This document shows, piece after piece, positions 27,034 to 40,862 of a DNA stretch of 64,000 nucleotides (the first letter of the stretch is position 1; the number at the start of each line of letters is the position of its first letter). A program made the position numbers and the translations under genes. The notes under the pieces were generated by a model that worked only from the letters and a program-made list of their open reading frames with translations, made no database searches and was not told where the DNA came from. This DNA comes from Octopus vulgaris (lineage: Eukaryota). The DNA is taken from the NCBI GenBank assembly GCA_951406725.2, contig OX597822.1, forward strand, positions 66,588,001-66,652,000, given 5' to 3'.

Positions 27034-27464
27034 CCTGTCTGTTTGTGTGTATGAGAGTCTGCGTAAATACAATTTTCGTGGTTCTATTTCCCTTCCTTAT
27101 ATGAATATTCCTTATACTTGCATAACAACAAATACACACATCATACACTTTCTGGTACAATACATAATTTCAGCTAAAATTTTAAAGTTATTGTTATACC
27201 CTACAAAAGAAAATAAAGAAGAAAGTATCTAAAAAAAAACAACGTTATTAAAATCTGAATATTCCAATTTCGTTTGACATTTAATAAAAAGAAGTGTTCA
27301 TATTTACTACAAGTCATTTACGCTTATATTCGGTTACGTCAAAATTAGGGATTTAATACTTTTGCAATGGGTCATGTAGAAGGTTTTTGCTTCAAAGTTA
27401 GACGTACCTCATTCAATGCTTCCAATCGATTGTGACCTTTCTTCTTGAGTAAGTCATTTAATAG

Positions 27465-27546
<82 letters not shown>

Positions 27547-27557
27547 AATAATAATAA

Positions 27558-28466
27558 ACGGCAAATATGTGACCCGCAGCAAACAAGCTGATGTTGACCA
27601 GAAGCAAACCCATCAGTGGCTACGGAGCTCAGGGCTAAAAGCAGAGAGCGAAGGTTTCATCCTGGGTGCTCAAGATCAAAGCCTATTAACCCGGAACTAC
27701 CAGGCCAATGTGATGAAAAATGGAGCAGACCCAAAATGCCGATTCTGCAACGACATGATTGAAACAGTGGACCACCTAATCTCTGGATGTAAAGTCTTAG
27801 CACCAGTGGAGTATAAATTAAGACATGACAGAGTTGGCCAATATCTCCACTGGCTAATAAGTCGGCATTACAATATCAAAACTGCCGACAAGTGGTATAA
27901 TCACCACCCTGAGGCTGTAACTAAAGGAGAAAATGTAACCATTCTGTGGGACGTTCCAGTACATACAGACCGAACCATCAAGGCCAATAAACCAGATATT
28001 GTTGTGAAAGACCAAAACAATAAAGTTTGCTTATTGATCGACATGAGCATCCCCTGTGATCATAATATCTCAGCGAAAGAGTTTGACAAGCTCAGAAAAT
28101 ATAAAGACCTACTCATTGAAATTGAGAAAATGTGGCATCTCAAGGCGGTTACAATACCAGTGATCGTAGGAGCACTAGGAATGATCAAGAAGGGAACCGA
28201 AAATTATATGAGAATGATCCCTGGCTTACCATCCCTGCAAGAAGTGCAAAAGATTGTCTTAACTGGTACATCACACGTATTGAGAAGAGCATTGTCGATG
28301 TGAGAACTGTTGCTGCTCATGAGTATTTTAATAAAAAAAAAAAAAAAAAGAGAACGACTGAGTTTGGTTTAATGGCCTACCAATGTATGCTATGAGTTTC
28401 TTTGCCCTAGGAGTCGGGAAGACAGTCGGCAAGAAATGGAAGCAAATTTGAAAGAAGAAAAAAAAA

Positions 28467-28467
<1 letters not shown>
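27558..28467 (+). mobile_element. Dong/R4-clade RLE LINE, 5'-truncated young copy in (TAA)n
   Basis: Uninterrupted ORF to 28303: GKY..WL..GLK.ESEGF..AQDQ, CRFC-x7-H-x4-C zinc knuckle, RHD, ILWD, NKPDIV, IDMSIP, K..KY..L (RLE). A short 3' UTR follows, and (TAA)n lies on both sides. Confidence 0.93.
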
Positions 28468-28559
<92 letters not shown>

Positions 28560-28584
28560 TTATATTATTATTATTATTATTATT

Positions 28585-29220
28585 GCCTTTGCACAGCTTC
28601 TGACGCTGGATATATACTACGGTGTCAGTTGTTCACCACCAGTGAACTAAGGTAGCACCCCTTATTTTTCGGGCACCATCCAGAATATTCGAGCGGTTCC
28701 AAGTAACGCTGTTTTCTGCAAGAGCTCCGCTCTTACAGCAGTCCCAATTCGTTTTATGTACTTCTCGAGATTTTGACTCATTGTTCCCAGGACCCCGACG
28801 ATTATTGGTACTACTTTCACTTTTGTCAGTGACCACATCTGCTTAACCTCCCAAGCTAACCTGTCATATCTATCGACTTTTCTTTCTTCCTTATCACATA
28901 CTTTGTTGTAGCTGGACATGCTATATCTATGATCCAGCACAGTTGGCTTTCTCAATATCTATCTCATCGTCGCACTGAATCATAAAATCCCGTAGGGACT
29001 TTGCATTATCATTTTCGATGATGCTTCAGGTTTATGCTCGTACCACTTTTTTGCTCTGTCAAGTCCATACTTGTTGCAAAGTGTCCAATGGTCAATCCTT
29101 GCTATGTTGTCATGACGTTTCTTATCTTCCTTCAGGGCTAGTGGCGACAACTGGCTGGTAATATACCATAATGTTTCACCATTTTGTCCATAGATTCTGA
29201 TCTTATCACTTCCTGCATGG
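28585..29220 (-). mobile_element. Second, diverged Dong/R4-like LINE 3' end
   Basis: KRHDNIARI.HW.LC.KYGL...KWYEHKP, KEERKVDRYDRLAWEVKQMW, VVPIIVGVLG, LQKTALLGTARI. Ends in (TAA)n on the minus strand; frameshifted. Confidence 0.85.
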
Positions 29221-29309
29221 ATGGTAAACCAAGGATCATTCTTAAATAATTTTCAGTTCCGTAAAAATTTGGTGCAGATGTACTCTGTTTACTTGCGGTG
29301 ACAAATGGT

Positions 29310-29445
29310 TAATAGCAGAAACGTTAGCACGCCGGGTGAAATACTTAGTAGTATTTCATCTGTCTTTATGTTTTGAGTTCAAATTCCGCCGATGTCGAGT
29401 TTTCCATTCATCTTTTCGGTGTCGATAAATTAAGTACAAGATGTG
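29310..29445 (+). mobile_element. Nin-like SINE, truncated
   Basis: GCAGAAACGTTAGCACGCCGGG...GAGTTCAAATTCCGCC...GTCGATAAATTAAGTAC. Confidence 0.75.
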
Positions 29446-30399
29446 GAAATTGAAAACTTAAAATTTAACTGATTGAGAATTGAGAATTAAATAATAATAA
29501 TACAAAGTAAGGTGGAGAAAAGAAACGATAACTACAATGGAGAATTAAATACAAGAGATGAGATAATCGGGAAAAATAATTTTTAAAATTCGTTGAAGAT
29601 GAAACACTTTACAATATTAGAAATTACATGGTAAAATAATTGAATTATTGAAAAACGAAGAAAAAAAAAGAAAACAATTAAGGAATGCATATTAAAACAA
29701 CATTGAAGAACTAGCTCTGAGAAGTATTAAGAACATTTTATAATTCCAAGTTTAAATATTGAAGGCTTTGTGTACACATTAAATTTAGAATCTAAACTTA
29801 ACAGTTTGGTAAAGACTCTTATTAAAACGTTTAGAGGGTTGTCAAAATTATAACATCTTAATATAACTTGTAAAGCAGATGCTTATAGATTAAATTCCTC
29901 CGAAGTCATATGTTATTCGCTGGGGATGCTAGAGTAACATAGATTAAAGGGAATTGCTGGACGGGCTACGGAACATAAATATTTCCGATTATAGCCGAAA
30001 GACTAATATCAAATCGCGGGAGAAGGAATTGATCTGAGAATAGTAACTTAACAATTCATTATTTCAACGTGTATTGAATTCGTGCAATTAACTGAAATAC
30101 AAATAAATTATTGTATAAGTATGATTTTTGAATAAACATTCATGGTAGTTGTATCCGAAATTCTGAATGGCTAATGTTTATAATGGTGTTATACCATAAT
30201 ACAAAACACTGACTATACATGAGGTATGCTGATGAGATTATAACTTTAAGTCAAAATAAACTCGAAACATTTCTAATTTGATATACGTCTTAGGCAGTCG
30301 ACCAACAAATAGCATACTTAGATGTAAGTCTATAATCAATAAATACATTCATTACATCAGGAAACACAATCTCTCTCTTACTATCTCTCTCCCTTCTCC

Positions 30400-30433
<34 letters not shown>

Positions 30434-30469
30434 GTATATATAGATACAAACATATATATATATATATAT

Positions 30470-30588
30470 AGGCGTAAGAGGGGCTATGTAGTAAGTAGCT
30501 TTCGTTCGAACCACATGGTTCCGGGTACAGTCCCACTGCGTGACACCTTGGGCAAGTGTCTTCTACTATAATCTCGGGCCAACCAAAG
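30470..30588 (+). mobile_element. Duplicated head of the SINE at 31549
   Basis: Shares private variants (GGCGTAAGAGGGGCTATGTAG, TTTCGTTCGAACC, GGGTACAG) with the 31549 copy. Confidence 0.85.
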
Positions 30589-30619
30589 AAAGGGGTAGAT
30601 TGGAGTATATATATATGTA

Positions 30620-30695
<76 letters not shown>

Positions 30696-31548
30696 TACAT
30701 ATATATATACACCAATCTACCCCTTTCTTCGAAGCCTAGTCCCTCGTGGTCTCAGTCCCTCACCTGTTTTCATATAAACCCACCTCCACAAACATTTACA
30801 TGCACCACACCCATTCACTTCCTCTTTTCCTGTCCCCCCCCACACTACCTCTGCATAGTTTAATTTATTACCGTCACCACACACACACACACACACACAC
30901 ACCATAATACCCCTTACAGCATACATTCATACACGTACACACACGCACACAGTAACACACCCACACCTCGTGTCACAGACACCAGCACCCATTCCCCCAT
31001 GTTTTCTCCCTCCAAGTATATTGTTACGCACCCGCACCTACCAACAACTACCTCTTTTGTCACCCCTATTCCACCTGGCACATCCGGGTCGACCCCACAT
31101 ACATCCCCTGCAACGCACATACATCTGATAGCATTACACACATAGGCACTTACAAACATATACGAGCGCACAAACGCGAAATATATGTACACATTTGAGT
31201 CTCATATGTCCGCACGCACACACATACATGCATAAGCACACGCAATATACCCGCATAATCACACATAATATCCACACACACAGTAGTGACACACACACTC
31301 ACTTTATGAACACAATCACACAAGCACGCAACTGTTCGGCTGCCTCATACACATGCATCTAAAGGCGAGACAAAAACACACGCTACTCGCACACAGTATA
31401 CACGCACACATTAGCTGCTACACATGTGCAACTGCACACACGCACGCACACACACAGACATCTAATAACCTCGCACACATACATGCGTTATGCAGCATCA
31501 TCGACTCACAGAAATACACAAATGTACAAATATACGAATATAAATGTA

Positions 31549-31721
31549 CAGGCGTAAGAGGGGCTATGTAGTAAGTAGCTTTCGTTCGAACCACATGGTT
31601 CCGGGTACAGTCCCACTGCGTGGCACCTTGGGCAAGTGTCTTCTACTATAACCTCGGGCCGACCAAAGCCTTGTGAGTGGATTTGGTAGACGGAAACTGA
31701 AAGAAGCCCGTCGTATATATG

Positions 31722-31812
<91 letters not shown>

Positions 31813-32016
31813 ATGTGTGCATGTGTTTGTGTGTCTGTGTTTGTCGCCCAATATCGCTTGACAACCGCTGCTGGTGTGTTTACGTCCCCGTAACTTAGCG
31901 GTTCGGCAAAAGAGACTGATCGAATAAGTACTAGGCTTACAAAGATTTGCTAGATTGGCAGTGCTCCAGCATCGCCACAGTCAAATGGCTGAAGCGAGTA
32001 AAAGAGTAAAAGAGTA
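31549..32016 (+). mobile_element. Full-length tRNA/CORE-like SINE
   Basis: tRNA-like head, GGCACCTTGGGCAAGTG CORE-like block, internal (TA)n(TG)n, 3' half and (TAAAAGAG)n tail. Confidence 0.9.
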
Positions 32017-32857
32017 TAAATACTCACAGAACAAACACGCTATGCTTTTTAGATAATATATTCGCCATAATAATTTACCACGTAATGAATCTAGACTCTT
32101 TTCCACCCAAGTAGCAAATGTAATGAACCCAGAAATCCATATGGAAATATCAAAGCTATTAAATTCATTAGTAATTATTTCAATTCACAAGGGCTCTAGA
32201 TGTAAAACATTTTAATCTTGAATGATCATTTGTATACGTCTCGTGATATATACACAATTTTTCTCCTATATTAATAACGGAATCTGAACGTTGTCTTCTT
32301 TTTCAGGAACGCTACTTTTGCAATCATTCGGCGGTCTCACGGTAATTTTCCTTCTACCACTACCATCAGTCACAGAAGTTCAGACCAAAGCGTAGGAATT
32401 CTGAGCTTTTTTTTCTTCTGTTTTATTAATCTGTAAAAGCAATACCGGAATCATTAAATACTAAAAATTAATATAGGATATTTGAAATTTCTAAGATATT
32501 AAACGATACGTGAAATATAGCATAGAGAATTCAGCCCAAGTGAATCAATTTTCGTGTGATACTTTTTCACCAATCGGTGCGCAGTTTGTTTGTCTCTCTG
32601 CCAAAAATAAGTCCAAAACAAAAAAAAAAAACGTGGTGTTTCGTACTGTTATTCATCATAAGAAAGATTGCTTCCCATTACTCATAACCCTCTCAGCCCT
32701 CTATTGCCTCTTTGCAATCGAATGCAATCTGGGTTCCAAACGGGCTGTCTTAACTCCGGCCAAGACAATCATATATTAAATCGGTTCCCTCATGGCTGCC
32801 TTGCAAATCTACCAAAAGATGAACTTTCAGGTTGATAGGTAGACATATAGATAGATA

Positions 32858-32897
<40 letters not shown>

Positions 32898-32902
<5 letters not shown>

Positions 32903-33146
32903 GTAGAGAGGTTAAGTAAAGCACAAAAGAGAGAGAGTTACTGAGACGAAGAATGAGAAAGAGAGAGGGAAAGACGAAATAAACAAGAAGACGTAACCAG
33001 GAGAAAGAATTAGAAAGGGAAAATGAAAAGAAAAGAAATGAATGGAGTAAGAATGAAATAAGAGGTTGGAAGGTCTTTGAACATTCATTGTTTATAAAAG
33101 AAGGAAGTGAAACTGTCAGTAAAAATGTGTGTATGCATGTTTTTAA

Positions 33147-33178
<32 letters not shown>

Positions 33179-33432
33179 TGTAGAGAGGATGAGTAAAGCA
33201 CACACAAGAGAGAGTTACTGAGACCAAGAATGAGAGAAAGAGAGGGAAAGACGAAATAAACAAGAAGACGTAACCAGCAGAAAGAATTAGAAAGTGAAAA
33301 TGAAAAGAACAGAAATGAATGGAGTAAGAATGAAATAAGAGGTTGAAAGGTCTTTGAACATTCATTGTTTATAAAAGAAGGAAGTGAAACTGTCAGTAAA
33401 AATGTGTGTATGCATGTTTTTAAGTGAGAGAG
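32898..33432. repeat. Tandem duplication of a ~277-bp purine-rich unit bounded by (GA)n
   Basis: GAGGTGTAGAGAGG...GTTTTTAAGTGAGAG occurs at ~32898 and ~33175 with scattered differences. Confidence 0.9.
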
Positions 33433-34384
33433 AGAGAAAGAGAGGGAGAGAGATATTGAGAGCGAGAATGATGAAGCAATTATCTAAGAGGAGGACAGGG
33501 TTGCTACATTTGGAACGTGCCAGAATGTCCAGAAACAACGAGAAGATTGAAACAGGGAGGAGGAGTCGGACTTGTGGCCAGTAAGTAGCTCGTCAATACG
33601 TGTTATATTTGGTTAGTTATTTTCAGTACAAAATTCCTGACCGTTAATTCTCAGAAGGATTAATGGAAATGAGGCCAAAACAGAATTGCAGGTTTGGGGA
33701 TGGGGATGCACAACAAGCGAAGAGAATAGACGGTAATAGATTGGACAAAAACGAAATAGATTATTTATAGATAGTAATATATACAACAACGCGCGTGAGA
33801 GAGATACAGAGACAGACAGAGAGAGAAGTATGGGCGATACAAGTCTAAGAAAACTGAAAGAAGCTAGTTGTTGATGTTATTCCTGCTATCGTTATTTAGT
33901 ACCATGGCCACCATATATTTGAAGTAATCTATGTTAAAAAAACATTCCAGTTGTAATAACTGTTGTCATGTTTTAAAGATGGTTTGCTGTGATTTCTTAA
34001 GTCTAGTAAGTTTAGCAAACATGTAGGACTCATTCACTGGGTCGAAATTTGATGAAAAATGAATTTAGGCTATAAACTACGAAAGTAAATCAAAAATACA
34101 ATTCAGTTACGAAACGAAAGATGAAGGTGAAATATTGATTGGTGTTTTCATTGTAGTCAGGTATGTTAGGCACATGATCTTCCTGATTCTAAGTAAAATA
34201 CACACACACACACACACACACACATACATATAGATGCGTACATATACATACATACATACATACATACATACATACATACATACATACATACATACATACA
34301 TACGTGTATATATATATATATATATACAGTGAGAAAAGAAGAGACATACATACATACATATACGTATGTACAAATATTTAAGGA

Positions 34385-34505
<121 letters not shown>

Positions 34506-34709
34506 AAAGAAAATCTGAAAAAATTCAGAAGATGAAAACTCGTGTATAAGTATATAGATATTTATATATATCTGCAGAACAGATTTACAAGGAGTACAAA
34601 ACATACAGATATCTAGAAGTAATGGTATTTGATATCCGACATCTTTTTTTAGTGATTCGCTATAACGTAATTTTGCAAAAATTTAAGAATATGCAACTTG
34701 AAGTCATAT

Positions 34710-35100
34710 ACTCTTTACTCTCTTATTTATTTCAATCATTTTACTGCGGTCATGCTAGAGCACCTTCTTTCGTCGAAAACATTGGTCCCAGGACTTATTC
34801 TTTATAAGGCTAGTACTTATTCTATCTCTCTTTGTTGCTGGACCGTTAAGTTACGGGGGACGTAAACACACTAGCATCGGTTGTCAAGCGATAGCGGGAA
34901 GACATACACACACACGCACACATACACACACACACACACACTCACATATAAACTACGGGCTTCTTTAAGTTTCTGTCTGCCAAATCCACTCATAAGGCTT
35001 TGGTCGGTCCGAGGCTATAGTAGGAGACACACAGTGGTACTGAGCCCGAAATCATGTGGTTGGTAAGCATACTACTTACCGCACAGCCACTCCTGCACCT
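34710..35100 (-). mobile_element. Full-length CORE-like SINE, diverged
   Basis: Both halves are present around a short (CA)n. Confidence 0.8.
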
Positions 35101-35554
35101 ATTAAAGCAATCGTAAAACTAGCCTCTGTTATCAGAGTGGAAAGACCGGCTACTATCTCTTTGAAATTTTTGATGGAGCAGATTTGGGTTACTTTGCTCG
35201 TTCTAAGAATACTTAGCGTTGGACGTTATAGTAGAAGCATGATTGTATCAAACAATGAATGTCTTTTGTTTTGTTATTTTTTGTTTACTGTTGAGAAATT
35301 TGGTATCATTCCAACCAGTACACACACGATAAAAGCTATCGGTTGTTCACTTTTAAGTAGAAGCACCTTTAACAAAAGATATTTACACATTTTTCCGATT
35401 GTTTATGATCGCATACATTGAAATTACTTTCGGATTACTTTCAATCTGATAAGAAGAAGAACACTAAAATTACACGGATTACTTTCAATCTTATAAGAAG
35501 AGAAACACGCAAGTGTATAAAAATGATCTGGTTTATATCAATGCACATAAATAT

Positions 35555-35762
35555 CAACAGTTTCAGATTTTGACTGAAGGTCAGCAAATTCGAAGAAGTG
35601 GGAAAGTCGATTTCATTGACCCTAGGGTTCAGTTGGCACTTATTTTATTGACCCCTAAAGGAAGAAAGGGTATGTTGACCTCGGAGGAATTTCAAATCAA
35701 AGCGTAACGACAGACGAAATACTGCTGAACACGCTGTGCTAATGATTCTGCCTGTTCACTTC
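35555..35762 (-). mobile_element. Nin-like SINE, diverged
   Basis: TTGGCACTTATTTTATTGACCCCTAAAGGAAGAAAGG...GACAGACGAAATAC. Confidence 0.65.
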
Positions 35763-36802
35763 CTGAAGCAAAATAATAAACCTAAGTGTTATGATAATTG
35801 ATAACTCTAGCTATGACACATAATCACAAAAGCTACTCGATGAGACTCTTAAATAAAAGGCATTTTTTAAATTAAGGATCGAGTAATTACAATTTAACTA
35901 ACTGCTTGGTGATAGACACTGGAATTAGACCATAAGATTATTTGGCATAGGATCTGAGATGCTCTGTATTAAAAACTGTAAATTTATTGGTCAACAGTTT
36001 CGTAATATCTAAAGAATATTTTCTGCCTCATGCAAGTTTTCATTGAGCAAATAGCATTCAAACTGTTGTAAGCATTCTTGTCAGGTAGCGTATCATATGT
36101 GACTTACCATTTTTTCCATGGTCCATAGTATATCATTTATGATATACACGCGTGTTACTTCTATGAAGTAGATATACCATGCAAAGGTTACTCTCATTCG
36201 TTCCGTATATAAATATTTGTGTTCAGAAGTGATCCAAATTTATCAAAGAGCATAAACTGAGCCAACATTTCCCCATCAACATTGATAATGTATGTGTAAC
36301 AGCCCTATCAACAGCCCTATCAATATTGATAATGTACGTGTAAGGCAAAATACGTAGGGACGGGAATCGAGGACAACATTAAAACGTAAAATAAGTAGTA
36401 AAAATCTATTTGGAGATTAATAGAGCGGAATCTACTTTTAAGATAAAACGTTTTCCGTTTGCTAATCACTTCCTTAATCTTAAATACTGTGGATTGGTTT
36501 ATCTCCTTGCAATGCTTCCATTTTGCAGCGAAACATTTTAACAGTTTTCGAAACTTCATGAACTGCATGATATATCCAATGAATGAAATGTATAAGGATT
36601 CTTCAGGGATTATAATTTCAAATGTAATGCATCATATACAATTGTGTACATACATACATACATACATACATACATACATACATACATGTACGTATACGTA
36701 TCTTTCATATAGATCTCATAAACATTTATATGATGAATATTTATATATATACATATATATGCATACATATAGTCACATATATGCATATACACATACACAC
36801 AC

Positions 36803-36836
<34 letters not shown>

Positions 36837-37370
36837 GCCTATATATCTATCTATATATATATATATATATATAAACGACACATTTGGGTGTAGCGTGTGT
36901 CTGTGCCTGAATTTGCCTGAATGTGTTTCTACTTAAGCGTTTACGTGTGCTCGTGTGTGTCACTGTGTGAATCTATAGTTATATGAGCTTCGCCATCTTA
37001 CAGGAACCATAGCGAATTCACCAGCAAACTTCCATTTAATCTTCTTAACATTTATCCTAAACGGCAACCACTTTCATAAAATGTCTTCTTTTATATTGTT
37101 TATATAATATTTTATATTATATTTATTTTCAATCAATACCTGTTAATACATGAAGTATTTATCGATGAGACATTCTACCATTATCGATTTATTGACCAAG
37201 CAATCTAATACATTTTTCTGTCATCGGAAAACATTTACCCGATGAATGCTTGTTATACAATCGTCCCGACTATACTAAGACATTTACTCACACATCCAAG
37301 TATACACTTATAGGTATAGAAATTTATATATAGCTACATATATATAATAGAACAAAGTGTACGTACGCCG

Positions 37371-37447
<77 letters not shown>

Positions 37448-37526
37448 CATACATAAATATATATATATATAAATATATATATATATACATACATACAAGC
37501 ATATATATATATATATATATATATAT

Positions 37527-38132
37527 ACAAAATGGGACAAGAACACAAAACATCCAAAAGACGATAGAAAATACACGGACGGGTCATTCGCAGCCTTTAC
37601 TCTTCAGTGAAGAACCGGATCATCCTCGCAATTTCGGCTGATTAATCTTGAGATTGCTCCCATCTGGCCAGCCCCGAGGAAAAACTAAGCTAAGAGCATT
37701 AGAATTCTTGGAAAAAAAGCTTCGAGTGTATAGGAATCATGGACGAAAGAACGGACGCTGTTACACGAATATACATGCAATAATAATAATAATAACAGGA
37801 CATCACAACAGGCGTCTTTCGAGTGGAGACAAATTGAATCAGCTTCCTTTGTTCTTCTCTCTCTTCTCCCCATCCTTAATTCCTTTGTTCTTCTTTTTCT
37901 CGCGCTTCTCTTCTCACATGACCGCTGGCTACTACTGGCCATTTTGGATTTGGCAGCGGCCGTTGCCACATCAAGTTTTTTCCTCTGCTGTAAGGCTTAA
38001 TTCCTAACAAGCCAGCTGAACTCAATTCGTCTCCAGAGATAACCGAAGAGATGGTGTTGTGGATTTCCACCTCGGCATCCGAAACTCAGAGTTTTATCTT
38101 GGCTACTGAATAATTGTCACGTATTATTTTAC
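37527..38132. mobile_element. (TA)n-flanked putative Penelope-like terminal-repeat composite
   Basis: 37527-37830 is homologous to the 45037 element (TCATTCG.AGCCTT..TCTTCAGT...TTTCGGCTG...GGCCAGCCCC...AAACTAAGCT...AGCATTAGA). 37840-38130 appears to be an oppositely oriented segment with GAAA...CTGAATA. Confidence 0.55.
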
Positions 38133-38169
<37 letters not shown>

Positions 38170-38276
38170 ATGTATGCATGTATGTATGTATATATGTATA
38201 CATGACATCTATATACCATGTATTCTCAATATCTGTCTCGACCATAATGCTTAGTGACACCTTGTGTACATACATA

Positions 38277-38277
<1 letters not shown>

Positions 38278-38309
<32 letters not shown>

Positions 38310-38505
38310 CTTTGTCCCTCCACCATCGCTTGACAATCGATGTTGGTGTGATCATATCCTTGTAGCTCAGCAGTTCGGCAATAGAGACCAATAGACTAAG
38401 TACTCGGCTTACAAAGAATAAGTCACGGGCTCGCTTTGTTCGTCTAAAGGCGGTGCTCCAGCATGGTCGTAGTCAAATAACTGAAACAAATAAAAGTATA
38501 AAAGG
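38278..38505 (+). mobile_element. CORE-like SINE 3' half
   Basis: CATCGCTTGACAATCGATGTTGG...AAGGCGGTGCTCCAGCATGG. Confidence 0.8.
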
Positions 38506-38912
38506 ATACACACTCTTACACACACACACACATATATGTATATATATATATATATATATTAAAATTATAAATTTGTGTATCTACAAGACACCACCATGCT
38601 GAAAATAGCAGCCATGATCTAATTGTAGAACCTCCTTAATTGTCCATATCGCAAACACGGAGAGATGACGAAGAGACAAGATGAAGCTGGTAAAAAATTA
38701 CTGGATAATTCTAGATCTCGGATTTCTGGTTTTGCATTTAAGAATGCTTTGCCTCGTTTGTAGAATACGCACAGGAAAGAAACATAAATACATATATACA
38801 TGAATACAACATGCGAATACTTACATATACGAACGTATACATATATATATATATGCACGTAGGCATCATGGCCAGTTCAAAATTCCCGTATATATATATA
38901 TATACGGGCATT

Positions 38913-38970
<58 letters not shown>

Positions 38971-38974
<4 letters not shown>

Positions 38975-39420
38975 GAAAAGGTTTCAAAAGTCCATACAAA
39001 TCAAATTATGGTCAAAAAATTAAATAAAGTAGTAGAAGGCAGGGAATTTAATATTTTTGTTACAGTGAGTGATTTAAAATATAACCGGTTTCGATGTACC
39101 AAATATTTAAAAGAAATTTCTGAGAAACCAATGAGGAAAAAAATGGTGTTTAATTGTTTGTACCCATGTTTCAGTTCTTAGAGAAGAAGAATTCAAGGAT
39201 ATACATGGATCCTTGTAGTTCCGTTGCAATGTGTTGTTCATAATTGAGCGTATATCGTTGTCATGGAATACGAAAGAGAAACACAACCAGGTGATGTATT
39301 AAAGGTATGCAGACATTGAGAAGGGTTTCTGTTTCAGGAGGGAAGTCTGTTGCAAATTAACGTTTTTGCCCAGACGTTATGTGATCAATAATTCTGCCGT
39401 TGGAAATATATTTATTTTCT
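38971..39420 (-). mobile_element. Putative Penelope-like 3' end with a decayed hammerhead
   Basis: Minus strand CTGAAACATGGGTAC...GTACATC-GAAA-CCGG-TTA at ~39080-39180, running into (TA)n. Confidence 0.4.
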
Positions 39421-39434
39421 TTTAAGTATTATTG

Positions 39435-39800
39435 TGGTTGTTGTTCGTTTCTTCTCGAGCCATGCTTGGCTCATAAGGGCCGGTTTCCCGATTTCATTGG
39501 CATATAGGTTCTCCACCTAGACAGGTCGCTGGTCTGTCGCAAAAAATAAATGTTTCCTTCTCGACCAATGCTAGGTTCATAAGGGCCAGTTTCTCGGTTT
39601 CAGGGGCATATAAATTCCCCCAACTTAGGAAGACTCCGATCCGTCGCAGGATTACTCATTTTTGACAGCTGAGGGTAACTGGAGCAACGTGAAATGAAGT
39701 GCATTGCTCAAGAACACAACGCATCACCCGGTTCTGGAATCGAAAACACAATCTTACGATCATGAGTCTAATACCCATACCACTAAGCCGGACACCTTCA
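39435..39800 (-). mobile_element. tRNA-derived SINE with a duplicated 3' tail
   Basis: Head at 39720-39800. The tail block CCTTCTCGA.C.ATGCT.GG.TCATAAGGGCC.GTTTC occurs twice (~39450 and ~39556). Confidence 0.75.
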
Positions 39801-40539
39801 GACCCTTTTGAGTATACCATTGTATAAAATCTTACATGTAAATTGCATGTTATATAGTTTCTAGTATTTTCTATAACACTGGTTATATGTTGTCCACTAC
39901 ATGTTGTCCGCTAAAAATCTCTTATAGAAAGACTAGCCTAGCTTTTCTCCCATAACTTTGATTTTCCAAGAAGAGTCTCTTGGTTATCATAATTAAAGTT
40001 ATATGACATATTTTCATAACACTAGAATTCTTCTCTTGGAAAGTCACGTCATTTCAAATTTAGCCAGATTACATTAATTTATGTTAAATATAGTAATACC
40101 GGTTAAATATATACGAGAGCAATATCTTTAAGTGTAAGCTCCTACAATGGAGAAGCCATAATGGCCTTTGTTGGCCTCTGGTTTTGTTTGATTATATATC
40201 AGATCTACATTAAGATTAGCAGAGAGGCAGAACCAGGCTTACAGGGAATACGTCCAGGGATCAATTTCTTCAACTAAAATATGGTGCTCCAGCATGGCAG
40301 CCCTCAAATACCTGAAACAAGTGAAAGAATAAAAGAATAGCAGAAAAAAACAAAACGTTCCGTACCACTTAACGAAGAAGGTTCTTTGAATATGTACGAT
40401 GTATTTTAAGGTTAAATAGTAATTCCGTTTAAGTTTGTGTAACTGAGATATTTTGGTTGGATTATATAGTGATTGGTGTTACATTACTTTCTATATTCTG
40501 TAACTGTCACAAATGTTTGTGACTCAAACGTTTGTGGAG

Positions 40540-40670
40540 ATGGGGCCAGTTGATTAGGTTGACCCCAATACACAACTGGTACTTAATTTAGCGACCCCCC
40601 AAAGGATGAATGGTAAAGCCGACCTTGGCAGAATTTAAACTCAGAACGTAAAGACAGGCGGTCGTAATAT
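40540..40670 (-). mobile_element. Nin-like SINE fragment
   Basis: AACTGGTACTTAATTTAGCGACCCCCCAAAGGATGAA...AACTCAGAACGTAAAGAC. Confidence 0.7.
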
Positions 40671-40754
40671 GCAAGCAATTCTGATGACACCAGTACACTG
40701 TTTAAAGATGCTTACATTTTCTATTTTCCGTGAATTTTTTACACTAGTTATTAT

Positions 40755-40755
40755 T

Positions 40756-40800
<45 letters not shown>

Positions 40801-40811
40801 TATTATTATTA

Positions 40812-40862
<51 letters not shown>

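Noticed and set aside
27569-28303. 244-aa ORF as a host gene
   Set aside because: It is the zinc-knuckle/RLE C-terminus of a 5'-truncated LINE, with no true start and a second copy at 46925.
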